DNA of 64,000 nucleotides from Ruditapes philippinarum (Eukaryota): NCBI RefSeq assembly GCF_026571515.1, contig NW_026857083.1, positions 248,001 to 312,000 of the forward strand, read 5' to 3'. Shown piece by piece: positions 37,813 to 51,100 of this stretch (position 1 is its first letter; each line of letters starts with the position of its first letter). The notes under the pieces were generated by a model. It saw only the letters and a program-made list of their open reading frames with translations, ran no database searches and was not told where the DNA came from. The position numbers and the translations under genes were made by a program.

Positions 37813-40627
37813 TCAATATGTATTATAATATGGAACGATTTCTCTTATATGTAATTTCGGCAAAGAAAATATCCATCCATCGTCCATTGTCCACATGTGA
37901 TACCAATAATGACGGGTAAATGTAAATTTCTTATTTTTCCTGATCAGTTCACGACGGTGATACTCCGTGCAGCCTCGAATTGTATATTTGCTCATCATTA
38001 GCAGATTGTCAAGGTCGTGTAATTGCCGTAATTTTTTACAATAGACGGGCATGGTTTCATTTTGGAAGTCAATGAGCATAATGTGATCAATAGTGTCAAG
38101 GAAGTATTGGCTGTTTGGGATATAAATAGAATCGTCATGCTCCACTGGTCTTGTACCTTTGTAGAAATATGGCGTGTTGGTATCATTGTCCACTTTCGGC
38201 TTTTGCATGTCTTCAAACGTTATATTATTATACGCAGAATACATATTAGTAAGATACAGAGAGCCCGTTGTTCGTAAAGGATGAGCTTTTATTTCAGTTG
38301 AATTTAAAGTCTGAAGAACTAATTTGAAGAAGGGATGCTTCGGTCTACACATGAAAATTCCGACATTTATGACAACTGGCTGTTGGAACATAAATGCTGT
38401 ATGTTCAAACGGCTCCGTTGGTAGAATACAAGCATATTTCGTCGTGGCAATATCTAGTGGACGTAAATTTTTAACATCTATGTCAGAATATAGACCGCCG
38501 AATTCATATATAGCTACGTACTTTATAAAATCTATTTTCTTCACATCCATCATCGGGAAATTGTCAAACTTCTCTAGCAAATATGGGTGCCTCTCCGCTA
38601 TGAGGCGCCGCCCAGATTCGTGTGTCCAGAATCTATACTCCCACTTAGGATTGTGTTTAGTGAACGTATTGATGTATTTAGAAAAATTTGAAATGACCAA
38701 TTCATTATGCCATGCTTGATGTATAATATGGGGGATTCTAGGAGGACCTTCCTTTGTAGGAAACTCAATTTCGTCTGCTGGTTGGAAAGCCTGATATTTT
38801 TCTAACATAAAGTCCCATGATTTTGTAGTTTGCTCAACGTTCTGCTCTTCAGATTCTTGTCTAGGGGTTGCTGTGGCGATTTCTGTCTCTTGAAGAGGTT
38901 TATGTTCCGGCGTTTCTTCGGTTTGAGGAGCTCGCAATGGTACAGGCTTCGCGATTTGTTTAACGTTATTTAAAAGCGATTCGTCCATTGGCTGATCAAC
39001 TGTGTGTATTCTATTCGCATTGTGTGTACTTTTAGTGCGCTTTTCTTTCTCTTGGTTTCTTTTTACTGAAATGAACAATATGTTTTCAGTAGATTATGTG
39101 GAAAAACTATCTTTAAAAGTAATTAAAATGATACTGTATACGTAATGTATTTTAACTGTGCAAATAAATTTTACATTAAAGCTGCATGCCTCCAGATGAG
39201 CGAAAATATTTCAATAAAATCAAACTTTAGAAAAATGTACTAAAATTTTAGGAAACATAAAAATGTTCAAGATTTAAGTAATAATCAGCATGTCATGTGC
39301 GAATAATGACTAATTGTTCAGTATTTATAACTATATTTCTACTGCGTTACTAACGCAGTAATGACTATTTTTGCATATTTTATACTCATTTTAGTAATTT
39401 ACATGGGTTGTAAGTGCCATTGATAATGTGTAAACTGCTTCCTTTTGGTTATTTCACTAAAAAATACTTTTAGATACATTTTTAAAATTTTCATGAAAAT
39501 TAGCATGAATCTGGAGAAAGAATATAAAAATAAGGGACTTAATTTGAACATTATACCGTCTTTAGTATTACATGTATAATATTTAAAAGCAGGGTATATA
39601 GAAAATGTGCAGAATGAAATTAATGGAACTAGGAGATAAATTATCAATCAGGAGAAGAAACGGATATGGGACGTAGCAACCGTCACCCCGTGCCACTCCA
39701 TGCAACTTGCCACTTTTCTGTCACACAGACCTAGAAGAGCACCAATCAAACGATCCGATCAAAGTTTGAAATGCGAATATGAAGTCATGTTTCTTATCTT
39801 TAAACTTTTTAAAACATTTTGTTTTGATGGTAGAAATTGATATTGTTCTCAAAACATTGTAAAATGCTTTAATTTGGATTAAATAAAATTAATATAGACA
39901 TAAGACAGCACGTTACTCTACTAAACAATAACCATTTACAAAAAAAAAATATAATAAGAAAAATTAAAAGAACACGAAATATAATTTAAAACAGAAATGA
40001 GCAAAGCTGAACGTGTTACAGACTTTATTCGATGAATGCAGTATAAAATGCAAGCCGATGTTTAGTCCATAAGCACAGATTAAATTAAAAGAATATCAGT
40101 GCCAGTGTCCTAAAGATAGCACTTACACTGTACATTGTACATATCTAAACTTATAAAGTTTTTTTTTGACATGATGGGACTGAAAATATTTTTTTCCAGA
40201 TAAATGTACCATTTGATGTAGGTTTAAACCACTAATCTTTGTTCAAAATTTCAGATCATTCGCGCTTTTCGTTTTTCCACAATAATTATTCAAATGATAA
40301 AAAGTGACCCAAAATTAAAAGCGTTTAAACACTTTTCACTCAAATCGGGCTAAGAAAAGCATAAATATACGATTTTTTACTTATTTTAAAGTATATTTCT
40401 TAGCTATCTTTGCATATATTTCTGTTTAAAGTGTCCCAGCTCATTTATGTAAGAAATTCAAATGTTATGTTTTTTTGGCTTTTAAACCTCAGTGGAGTCC
40501 CTTTAAATATGTTAGACTTACTCCTGATTTGCGATTCGTCGTGTAAGTTTTGAGCTTGGTATGCCAGGATTATGAAGAGAACAAGAACAAATGCAACACC
40601 AACCACTGACCGTAGATGTAACCTCAT
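37813..40627 (-). CDS. GT32-like (DxD) type-II membrane glycosyltransferase, copy 2, about 452 aa
   Basis: Exon 40627-40522 (MRLHLRSVVGVAFVLVLFIILAYQAQ..., phase 1) joined to exon 39065-37813. Motifs RIPHIIHQAW, YVAIYEFGGLYSDID, PKHPFF, TTG, C-terminal HYWYHMW. Confidence 0.88.
39180..39515. mobile_element. Kolobok-like TTAA MITE (right end truncated) in the GT copy 2 intron
   Basis: TTAA|AGCTGCATGCCTCCAGAT ... catgaatctggag; central TACTGCGTTA-C-TAACGCAGTA. Confidence 0.7.
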
Positions 40628-40659
40628 GTCTGATATGATACCTAGAAAATAAGATAATT

Positions 40660-40864
40660 GAGCCACGCCATGACAAAACCAACATAGTGCGTTTGCGACC
40701 AGCATGGATCCAGACCAGCCTGCGCATCCGCGCAACAAACCCTTTTACAACTAAAGAAACTGACAGCAAACAGAATGGATCCTGATCAGACTGCGCGGAT
40801 GCGCAGGCTGGTCTGGATCCTTCTGGTCGCAAACGCACTATGTTGGTTTTGTCATGGCGCGGCG
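40660..40864. mobile_element. Palindromic (fold-back) MITE
   Basis: Long inverted arms gccatgacaaaaccaacatagtgcgtttgcgaccag...ctggtcgcaaacgcactatgttggttttgtcatggc. Confidence 0.85.
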
Positions 40865-41650
40865 TTTAATCCATTAATATGATGCCAGAGTGTCAGACAA
40901 AACATATATACAATATAAAAACGCGACATACCAAAATATACCAGATTAGTTCCTTAGAACAGTATAACAAAATAGGCCTTACTCAGTAGGACACAGTTGA
41001 AACAATTGGTTAAGTATTCAAATTACAAAATGAAACTGTACACACGAAATTCAAAAATATATACATTAATAAATAAATAAATAAATGAAGGCAGCAGAAT
41101 AAAAGAGTTAAATAAATTAGAAATAATTTCTTAGTAATATAGTCAAACATGTATCTTATAGACAATTAAAACAGTGGACGATATTGATATATGTATACTT
41201 AAACCTTTTTAAAAACACTTGGCGATGGCCTGAGCTTTTCAATTTTGCTTTGCTTTTTCAAACTGTACCCTAATATAGTACTTTTATGTGCAATGAACAA
41301 TAAAATACATAGATTAATAAAATGCATTTTAAAGTGAATAGGAGCTTACATTAGAAACAGTCGGACAGTCCATTATAAGAGTTTGATCTATTACACAAGT
41401 ACAATATTATATAATGAAAAATATAACTTTTTATTTAGTATATTAAATTAAGAACTTACCTGCAAATGTCTCTCCATATATGTATTAACCGCAAAAAATA
41501 TATACCTATTTACTCGTTCAAACTAAAAGCTAGTATTTTGCAAAATAAAAAAAAAAATGTCATTCATTTCCGCATAAAATATTTTACCACAACATCTAAA
41601 GTATATATGTAAAATCCTCTCTCTTTAGTTTAATGTTTTCTAAGTATATA

Positions 41651-41873
41651 TGAGCCGCGTCACGACAAAACCAACATAATGCGTATGCGACCAGCATGGA
41701 TTCGGACCAGCCTGCGCATCCGCGCAGTCTGATCAGGATCCATGCTGTTCGCTATCAGTTTCTCTACTTGTAATAGAGCTGGAAATCCTGATCAGACTGT
41801 GCGGATGCGCAGGCTGGGCTGGATCCATGCTGGTCGCAAATGCTTAATGTTGGTTTTGTCGTGACGCGGCTCA
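41651..41873. mobile_element. Palindromic (fold-back) MITE, same family
   Basis: TGAGCCGCGTCACGACAAAACCAACA ... TGTTGGTTTTGTCGTGACGCGGCTCA. Confidence 0.85.
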
Positions 41874-44226
41874 TTGTTATTTGTTCCTTTGGGATATTCT
41901 AATATGTTTCCATGATTTATATAATACTGCTTATACTAGAAACACGTTACACAAGAGAAGTTGTACTTGTTTAAGAATTTGATGGCATAATTGAATATTT
42001 GAATCAAAACAAATTTGGATCAATAGCTCAGAAGGGTCTGATGAAAAGATCAGAAAAGAATAATAAATATATAAAAGAATATATGTTTTGAACTACACAT
42101 TGCTTTTTAAAACACAAAACTCGGCTTTTAGAGGTCTGTTGTTATGTAAACCGAATTCGAAGGTTTTGCGGTGACCTGAGATATACAAATGTAGTAAATA
42201 AAACAACATCAACACCACAAACAACAACTTATCTCCACGCTGGCAACATAATACACTTCTTTGGTCTTCTGTTTACTCTATTCTGTTGTCTCTCCAAAAT
42301 ACTTAGGATTTGCTAACATGTATGACAAATCCCATATTTATGGTATGAAATAAGGAAAAATAACCAAACAAATTACAAAAATAGCAAGTCGGAAATAAAG
42401 AAAGTTTATAAACCAGGGTTAAAAGAGAAGACCTCTTTAAACATTTTAATCATATTCAATTTGAAGGTTTGTCTTCAATAAGGCTTAGCACTACCTTTTC
42501 TTCCACTGAGAGGGCCTACATTTGACAAATTCTGACAGTCAATTTAACTGTCCCCAATTGTGTTTCCTTAAATAAATGGCGTATATCTAATACGATAAGT
42601 ACGTAATTGACTCAGCCTGGGACCACGTCGCTCATCCAGGAGCTGTTTGAATTTTGTTTTGTTTTTGTTTTTGTTCTTATTAGCGTCTAACATAAAATTA
42701 TATGAGAAAATGAATCGCAAAGTTATGATGAATTTTGATTTTGAAACTGATTTGTAATATAAGTATGTGTCGAAGCCATGCTTAAATTTACGAAATTTGC
42801 GGGGTAATTGCCCTCTTTAAAAATATCGTCTGCATAGTTTTTGAATGTTATCCTTTTTTCGTTTTTCGAAATAAAAAAAACATATATAGATAACATGTCT
42901 TTGTAGATGTAACGGACAACACGCTTCTGGTCTGGTACAAAGATTTGCAAAGCCTACTATGAACGTTTCCAGTCTGCAAAGGATTACAACTCATTTTGCT
43001 TATATGATGAGTAACCAACGTGCCCATATATAAACACTCATGGAATCTTCCTACACGAACTTAATGATATGAATCTATACCATGTTCATAAGAAATATAA
43101 TTCTCATTTTATTAAACGCTTTATAACAAACTTTTACCTTTTTTGTCAGACATTAAAAGATACATATTGTGAGTAAAATTATGTTATAATAGTTTATTAC
43201 AGCTAGGTAAACCTTTTCCTAAATTGTACTTCTTATATAATATCCAATATTATATGGAAATGTTTTTAAAGTTTTTAGATAAAATAAAAAACAACAAGAA
43301 ACAAAAAACAATAAAAGAAAATCATTTTGCTGAATGTTATTTCAAAGCAAGGTCATTAAACATTGATTTATTTGAATTTTCCTTTTACGTTTAGACTTGT
43401 GTTTGATCTAATTGTCTTCATTATAGATAATTATCTTTATACATTGTATTGGTTTATTCATATATAAGAACATTGTAGCATTATCATTTTTGTGGTTGAA
43501 TTCATAAAATATTGTCAAAGATATTTTACGCAAACTTTAACCCCATAAATAGGTCATTTTCTCACTTCCTCATTTACAAGTTAATCGACGTCATTCTTAA
43601 AAGTTCATTAACATATTGGTCAACCAATTTACAGGTTATTAAGTTTTTTATTTTCTACATATGCAGAGCGATCTCTTTGAATACTTTGTTCATACCATTA
43701 CTTTTTACATGAACATTTACTATAATATGCCACGATGTTACATTGTTTGACACCAGCTTCTCTAAAGGGTATGCAACAAAAACACGTTCTATAAACATGA
43801 ATTATTTATAATAAGTTAAATGTAAGTTATCATAAAAACGTAATTATTAATTTAAACGTTAGTGATTCGTTAAAATGCAACTATAGCAAAGGAAAAGTAT
43901 CCCTGCTCGAATGATTACGATCGCTAACATTGAACCACTGGCTTCTAAGCACTATGGGTTTAAATCCTACCACTGACTTTTTGTTTCTTTCTGTGAGGTA
44001 GATATCCAGATACTAGTAGCTTATTTGACCTCCGTCATTCTAATTAGGTGTCCACTCTTGCACGAAAAATACTTGAAGGGACAACATATAATCTAAAAAG
44101 TGTCGATGTGACATGGAAGTTAGTTAGCATATCTTAAACAAATGATAATGAATGATATGAAGAAATGAAGTTTATTTGATTTTAGAAAATTGATTTCAAC
44201 TCTTTTTCTGTAGTCGACCGGATATT

Positions 44227-46122
44227 TCATGCAGTTACACATCTGAAAAAAAAGTTTAAAAAAGAATCTAAAAAAATAAGAAATAATAATCGTATTTACA
44301 GCTGATCGGTTGTTTAAAATGTATTTTGATTTTTGCATTTGCCATTGTTATATATTTTGCAATCTCTTTTATTTTCTTAGTATATCTGTATTGATATATA
44401 ATTATGGTCTTGATGGAAATAAATGAAAGACAATGAATTGTGACATTGTACATTATACAAACTTTCATAAGGTTGATTATTTGTTACATACACGAAACGT
44501 GTACATTAAATTATGAATATAAGTACTGATTTTGTTATTATTAAATCTTCTATAATAACTTACTTTCCCATTTCATCCAGTGGTACATCGTCCATTTCGT
44601 CCATTCCAGTACCATTGCATTTCAATCCAGATAAGCATGGACAAGAGAGTACAGTGTCGTTTGGTTTCCCAGAACCCATTTCTACAGGACATTCTGAAAA
44701 GTTACATGAAATATGTCGCATACAACTGTCCTTATCGCGTCCATGATATGACCAGTTTGAATATGTGAGAAACCTTAATTCCAGAGAAAGAACACATGTT
44801 TTGTATGTGTTTGGCAAGGCAATTGTACGCACTTCCTGCAACGGCTTGAAGATAAGTTGCGATTGGATGCAGTCATTTGCACATTGCGCCGACCTTGTCC
44901 AAAGTTTGACGAAAAGGAGTTGCGATTGATTTAAAGGAGACAAAAAGTTTTGGTATTTATTGTTATGAAGATATTAACAAAGGCACGTAAATAATACTAT
45001 AGTGTCAGTGTCATTCATTGATAAAGATTTGGTATTCAATGAAATATGTCGGTCAAAATATAAATACACTGTTCGATCTAAATTACAACTTAGCATTTAT
45101 TTCATTTGTAACCGTACTCCCTGTTAAACTTGGATTTTTTAAATCATGCTCTTATTCAATCGCGTACCGGACGAACTTATTCTTAAGTGTAATACCAGAA
45201 CCAACGTTTCCCATACTGGAGCAATGTCCATGTAAAGACTGTTCTCCGATTGGTCGATCGTTACTGACACAACACTCTAAGTCTGCGCAGTCGTCACCGG
45301 AAGAACATGACTGATTCACAGTTGTTTTTAATATCTCTACAGGCACACAGACACCTAAAATAACCAATAAGCTGTCAGAGCTAATTATCGTATATTTCTT
45401 ATTTTACGTACCGTATTTTCCCAAACAAACATTTATCAAATAAGAAACAATTGAATAAAATAACTTAGTTTACTATGGCATGCTCAAAACAGAAAATGAG
45501 GTTGAAAGTTGACCGTTAAAATGTTATTAGCAATTTGTTAAGAACAAGATAAAACGTGAAAAAACAGAGTTCAAACCCAGTTCTCCTCTATCGATAACAT
45601 CTATGCCAGTCCCGTTACATACTAAGCCACTTGCACATGGACAGTCATAGTACAGGTCCTTAATTCCTGTTTCTACCTCGTCAACGATGCATCCTTTATT
45701 AATAATTAAATATATAGTGCCTTTAACGGGTGAAAAATTAAACGTATTTTGAGCGTATTATACGACATTTAATGTAGATGATGTAAATTATGTGTGCGAT
45801 ACATGAAAAAAACCCACAAAATAAGGCATAAAGTTTACTAAGCAAAAAACAGAATAACAATTAAGTAGATAGAAACACATACTTTGTTTTCATTAAAATG
45901 TTGGACAATATGAGTTTTCATACTTTCTCCTTCTGCTCCTATTTTCTCGCAAATACCGTAAACAGGCGGACACCAGTCATACCATCCTGGATGGTCATGC
46001 ATATGGGTTTGGCTTTGATTAAATATCTCTTCCCTTGTTTTATTGAAACTCCTACAGCATTTCCCTACGTCACAATTGTAATTGGTGTAACAGCCTAAGT
46101 GTAAATCGCTTAAAACTATGGC
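44227..46122 (-). CDS. Tandem two-domain prokineticin/astakine/colipase-like Cys-rich protein, copy A (signal exon not found; 206 aa from exon 2)
   Basis: Exons 46122-45924, 45693-45577, 45354-45196, 44693-44564 and 44242-44227 (KCVTA*). Open, GT-AG, same phases as copy B. Two C-x5-C-x4-CC...C...C...CPC-x5-C...C domains. Confidence 0.8.
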
Positions 46123-46274
46123 CTGCAATGTATCAAAGAAATACACGTATGCTTTAACTGTCTTTATAATGTTATAAGATATAATTCTAAAGCCTTGAGT
46201 ATCATTTTAATCTATATTTATAGTAGATTCTATGCTTCCATATACCCGAACAAAATTTGCACAGGCTGATGAAA

Positions 46275-46613
46275 GTAGTGTTCAGTGAGAAGTAGTGATG
46301 GTGTAAGTAGTGTTCAGTTATAGGTATTAACGGTGTAAGTAGTGCTCAGTAAGAAGTATTCACGGTGTTAGTAATGTTCAGTGAGAAGTATTCACGGTGT
46401 AAGTAGTGTTCAGTGAGAAGTATTCATGGTGTAAGTAGTGTTCAGTGAGAAGTATTCATGGTGTAAGAAGTGTTCAGTGAGAAGTATTCACGGTGTAAGT
46501 AGTGTTCAGTGAGAAGTATTCACGGTGTAAGAAGTGTTCAGTGAGAAGTATTCATGGTGTAAGTAGTGTTCAGTGAGAAGTATTCACGGTGTAAGTAGTG
46601 ATTAGTGAGAAGT
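46275..46613. repeat. 32-bp minisatellite, about 10 copies (gtaagtagtgttcagtgagaagtattcacggt)
   Basis: Directly visible tandem array. Confidence 0.95.
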
Positions 46614-46902
46614 ATATAGAGAATATTCAAGTTTTTTGTATTAATACGGGATTTATTTTCATCGAGTGATAAGAAATATGATAATTTTTATATCGCAGGA
46701 TGAAAATAAGTCATATATTTATAGAAAAAAATCTGTTTATAACATACTAGTACCTTATCAGAAAATATGTTGTACTGCAGTAAAAAATGCACAGTGCACA
46801 TTTGCCACTAAGAAATTGTCATGGTATGAAGTTTTTAGAGAATTTTATTCATGAGAAATGATTCATGACGTAAACTGTTCATTGTAAAGATGACAAATCT
46901 TG

Positions 46903-47775
46903 GCCGTAAGACCACATACACGCAACAAAGCCGGCGTGTTGGAAGTGATCGTGCGACCACATACACGCAAGAAGGCCGGCGTGTTGGAAGTGGCCGTGCG
47001 ACCACATACACGCAAGAAGGCCGGCGTGTTGGAAGTGGCCGTGCGACCACATACATGCAAGAAGGCCGGCATGTTGGAAGTGACCGTGCGACCACATACA
47101 CGCAAGAAGGCAGGCTTGTTGGAACTGGCCGTGCGACCACATACACGCAAGAAGGCCGGCGTGTTGGAAGTGACCATGCGACCACATACACGCAACAAGG
47201 CCGGCGTGTTGGAAGTGACCGTGCGACCCGCACACGCAACAAGGCCGGCGTGTTGGAAGTGGCCGTGCGACCACATACACGCAAGAAGGCCGGCGTCTTG
47301 GAAGTGACCGTGCGACCACATACACGCAAGAAGGCCGGCGTGTTAGAAGCGACTGTACGACCACATACATGCAAGAAGGTCGGCGTGTCGGAAGTGACCG
47401 TGCGACCACATACACGCAAGAAGGCCGGCGTGTTGGAAGTGACCGTGCGACCACATACACGCAAGAAGGCCGACGTGTTGGAAGTGACTGTGCTACCTAA
47501 TACACGCAAGAAGGCCGGCGTGTTGGTAGTGACCGTGCGACCACATACACGTTAGAAGGCCGGCGTGTTGGAAGTGACCGTGCGACCACATACACGCAAG
47601 AAGGCCGACGTGTTGGAAGTGACCGTGCGAGCACATGTATACACGCAACAAAGCCGGCGTGTTGGAAGTGACCGTTCGATCACATACACGCAACAAGGCC
47701 GGCGTGTTGAAAGTGACCGTAAGACCACATACACGCAAGAAGGCAGGCGTGTTAGAAGTGACTGTGCGACGACAT
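46903..47775. repeat. GC-rich 45-bp minisatellite, about 19 copies (accacatacacgcaagaaggccggcgtgttggaagtgaccgtgcg)
   Basis: Period of 45 seen directly; it explains the 15-aa repeat ORFs in all frames. Confidence 0.95.
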
Positions 47776-48156
47776 ATGGATTGCATGTATACAATTTCAA
47801 AATATTTTTATACAAGAAAATTAGGTAAAGTACTCCATGAATACGATCATCTTTTTTAATTAAAATTTTGACTCTTTCGTGACTATTTCCATTTTATAAG
47901 TATAAAGTTCATCTTTTGACCTCAAAAATTCATTGCTAAAAGGCTATGCTTATTATTTTTAGAAATTTATAATAATTGTGATTTTAATCGGACAACTTGA
48001 CATTTCGTTTAGTCACACTTTCATGCATTTAGGAATGAAAAACAAAACGAAGCTATTAAAGTTTGTGTATCTTTTTTAATATTCAATGGTATTTATAAGC
48101 AAAGTTTATTTGTTTCTGTCAACTCATTATCTAAAGTAAAGCTGATATTCTAGAGA

Positions 48157-51100
48157 TTAAATCACACATCTGAAAAAAAAGAAAGAAACAATAACATTTT
48201 AGAAAAATATTTATAATCGTATTTGTAGCAATGGAACTGTATGTATATAACTTGACCTGTATAATTCATTTAGAACGACCCATCGCTTCTCTATCCAACT
48301 TTAGGCGTGGACGGTAGTTCGCACCTGACAATACCGTCCATGAACATGTGCAGGCTCAATCAAACCGAGCGTGCAACATTTTGGATTTTCTTTAGGGAAT
48401 TCCTTTTTTCTCTATTTTACTATGATTATTTGATTTATTTATTAAATTATGTAAATTTATAAATTTCCTTGGATACGTTAACTACCTGTGCTGTCAACCG
48501 ATAATTATGATTTCTTATTTATTACATATACGTGTAATCATACATTAACTTGTAAGTGATAGATATCAAATTGAATGTTGTAGAGAAACTTACTTTCCGA
48601 TTTCACCGAGGGGTACTTCGTACATTCCAATACCATGGCATGTCAGTCCAGATAAGCACGGGCAAGAGAATACAGTGTCACTTGGTTTTCCAGATCCCAT
48701 TTTCACAAGACATCCTGAATTGGTACGTTAAATATATCTGATTAATTTTTGTTCATTCTAAATGTGTGAGATTCTTCAATTCCCATTAATAATACCTTTT
48801 TTTGCATGAAAATGTTGATGAACTTGTCCTCACGACCTGCAACGGCTTAAGTAGTCAAAGCAATCGCAACTTTCCGGCCCTCTCCGTCAGTCTTCGGATA
48901 ATGCCGATTCCGTTCCGATTGGTTTTTCGGAACATCTCGGCGGTTACCGATAACCATCTTTACCCTCGCCCGTTACGTCACGCTTTTGCTACTGATCAGG
49001 GGAAGTAACCGCTGTGGGGAGTTTGATGAAAGGGACGAAAAGTTGCGAGAGACATATTTGAAGCAGCTCTTAAATGATATTATTGTATTAGTGTATGCTT
49101 AAATAATTAAGATTGGATATTCAATGTGGAAAAATATTTATGTCAAAATGTTCGATAGTTTTTTCTTCTATTCTATACATAATTATTTATTCACAATAAA
49201 GAACACCTTTGTTTACATGCACAATATAGTCAATATTAATGCCTCTCCAACCCAGGTGAAAATATGGATTATCAAATTCCGGGTCTGGTAATGAACCTAT
49301 TCTGCTGAAAGAGCAGATGCTAATTCCCCCGCTTACTCACCCAGCCCAGCGTGTTTGACATTACTCTATTTTTGCGCCAGAACAAAAACTGCCGGCAGTT
49401 TAGGCAAAAAGGGAAAGTAAACTTTTGGCTCATTTCCCAGGCTACCCCGCACCCATCCGGAGCATGGACCAGATTTGCAACCGACTGGCAAAGGTTGAAT
49501 GAAAAAATACAACTTTATTACTTTTTGTTATTATACCACCTGTTAAACTAAGATATAAAACATTTTGCACTTACTTGATCGCACGTTTGAATTAAAGCAT
49601 CGATTTTATATATTGACTATATTTTAAAGATATTTTAATAAAGCATTACCAGAACCAACAGTTCCCATGCTGGAGCAATGTCCATGTAACGAACGTTTTC
49701 CGATTGGTCGAACGTTACTGACACAGCATTCTGAGTCTGCGCAGTCGGCACCGGAAGAACATGGCTGATTCAGAGTTGCTTTTGCTATCTTTGCAGACAC
49801 ACAGACGCCTAAAATTAGGTAGAAGCAATAAGTTATTAGCGCCAATAGCCCATAAGTGTATAAAGTATTGATTATCAACGAAAACTATAAATGAATACAC
49901 ATACAGATGAAAAAGAAACAAGAGGATTTCAAAAGTGTGAACTACTTGATAAAAAAACCTCGTACCTCACAATAATGCATTTCTAATTTTAATTGTAGAT
50001 TTCACTCCTTATAAGAAGCATATATTGTAATAATCTGTAGACTTTGGCACTACTGTCGACTTGCCATGCAACATATTAATACAACAATGTATATCAATAG
50101 AACCATTTGTTTCTGGCCAAGATAAAGAGTGTTTCTGTCAAGCTATAGGTAAATTTATCACAGTGTGTAAGACAGGGGTCAAATCTACAGCAAGTATGAT
50201 TAAGTTCATACCCGATTCTCCCTTGTTGATGACAGTTGTTCCAGTCCCGTTACATACGAAGCCACTTGCACATGGGCAGTCATAGTGTAAGCCAACAGTT
50301 CCAGTTTTCAACTCGTCAACGATGCATCCTATGTAAATGAATATATGATCGATATACGGTTAATATTGTTCTTTACAAACCATATATTTTAACATACAAA
50401 ATGTTGCTATTGTCCATGATAGTTTGTAATAGAGTAGAAAATATAATGGAAAAAAATAATTTTAATTATGTTTAAACATATGTTATCTGGCAATCAGGCT
50501 ACAGCGTTGGTGTTAGACACTATCCAGTATTTTCTGCATACCAGATATTACCTCAGACTTATGTTGATTCTTTAACAGCTTTCTTTTTTCAGGGTTGCCA
50601 AACTTTTACCTCAGTTATTTTTCAACAAACATGGAAATATATGTTTAAAATATAGTCAATATGTGTGTATATAATTACAAACTGTATAAAGTGTAGCGAA
50701 CTCTTGAAACTTCTTTATCTTTCTATGCCATTTAATGTATTTGTATATTCCATTAGGTATTAAGTTTAAATGTAACATTTAGCAAAAACAGATTTTTCTC
50801 GGCCCTTTCCGTCAAAATTCGGATAGATAAAAGCCGAGAAGTTCCGAATGGCAAATTAAATGTCTTAAATGTTTAAGTCGTTACGATAAGTAGCCATACG
50901 TTCTCCTTGTGTTCCCATTTTCTGGCAACTACCGTGGGCATATCGCATCAGGTTGTAGTCTATATGATCAAGAACTACCCTCTTTCCCCTTGGTTGATTG
51001 AAACTCCTGCAACATTCGCCTACGTCACATTGGTCACTGGTGTCGCAATAGCCTGCCAGAGCACCGTGTCCTAATGCAGGTATCGCCTGTTTTATTACAA

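Noticed and set aside
46754-46801. Candidate first exon for Cys-rich copy A (MCTVHFLLQYNIFSDK, phase 0)
   Set aside because: Weak donor and no convincing hydrophobic signal core; cannot be fully excluded.
46835-47859. Long ORFs in all six frames (up to 224 aa)
   Set aside because: Products of a stop-poor 45-bp tandem repeat; frames switch at indels, and no splice or start context was found.
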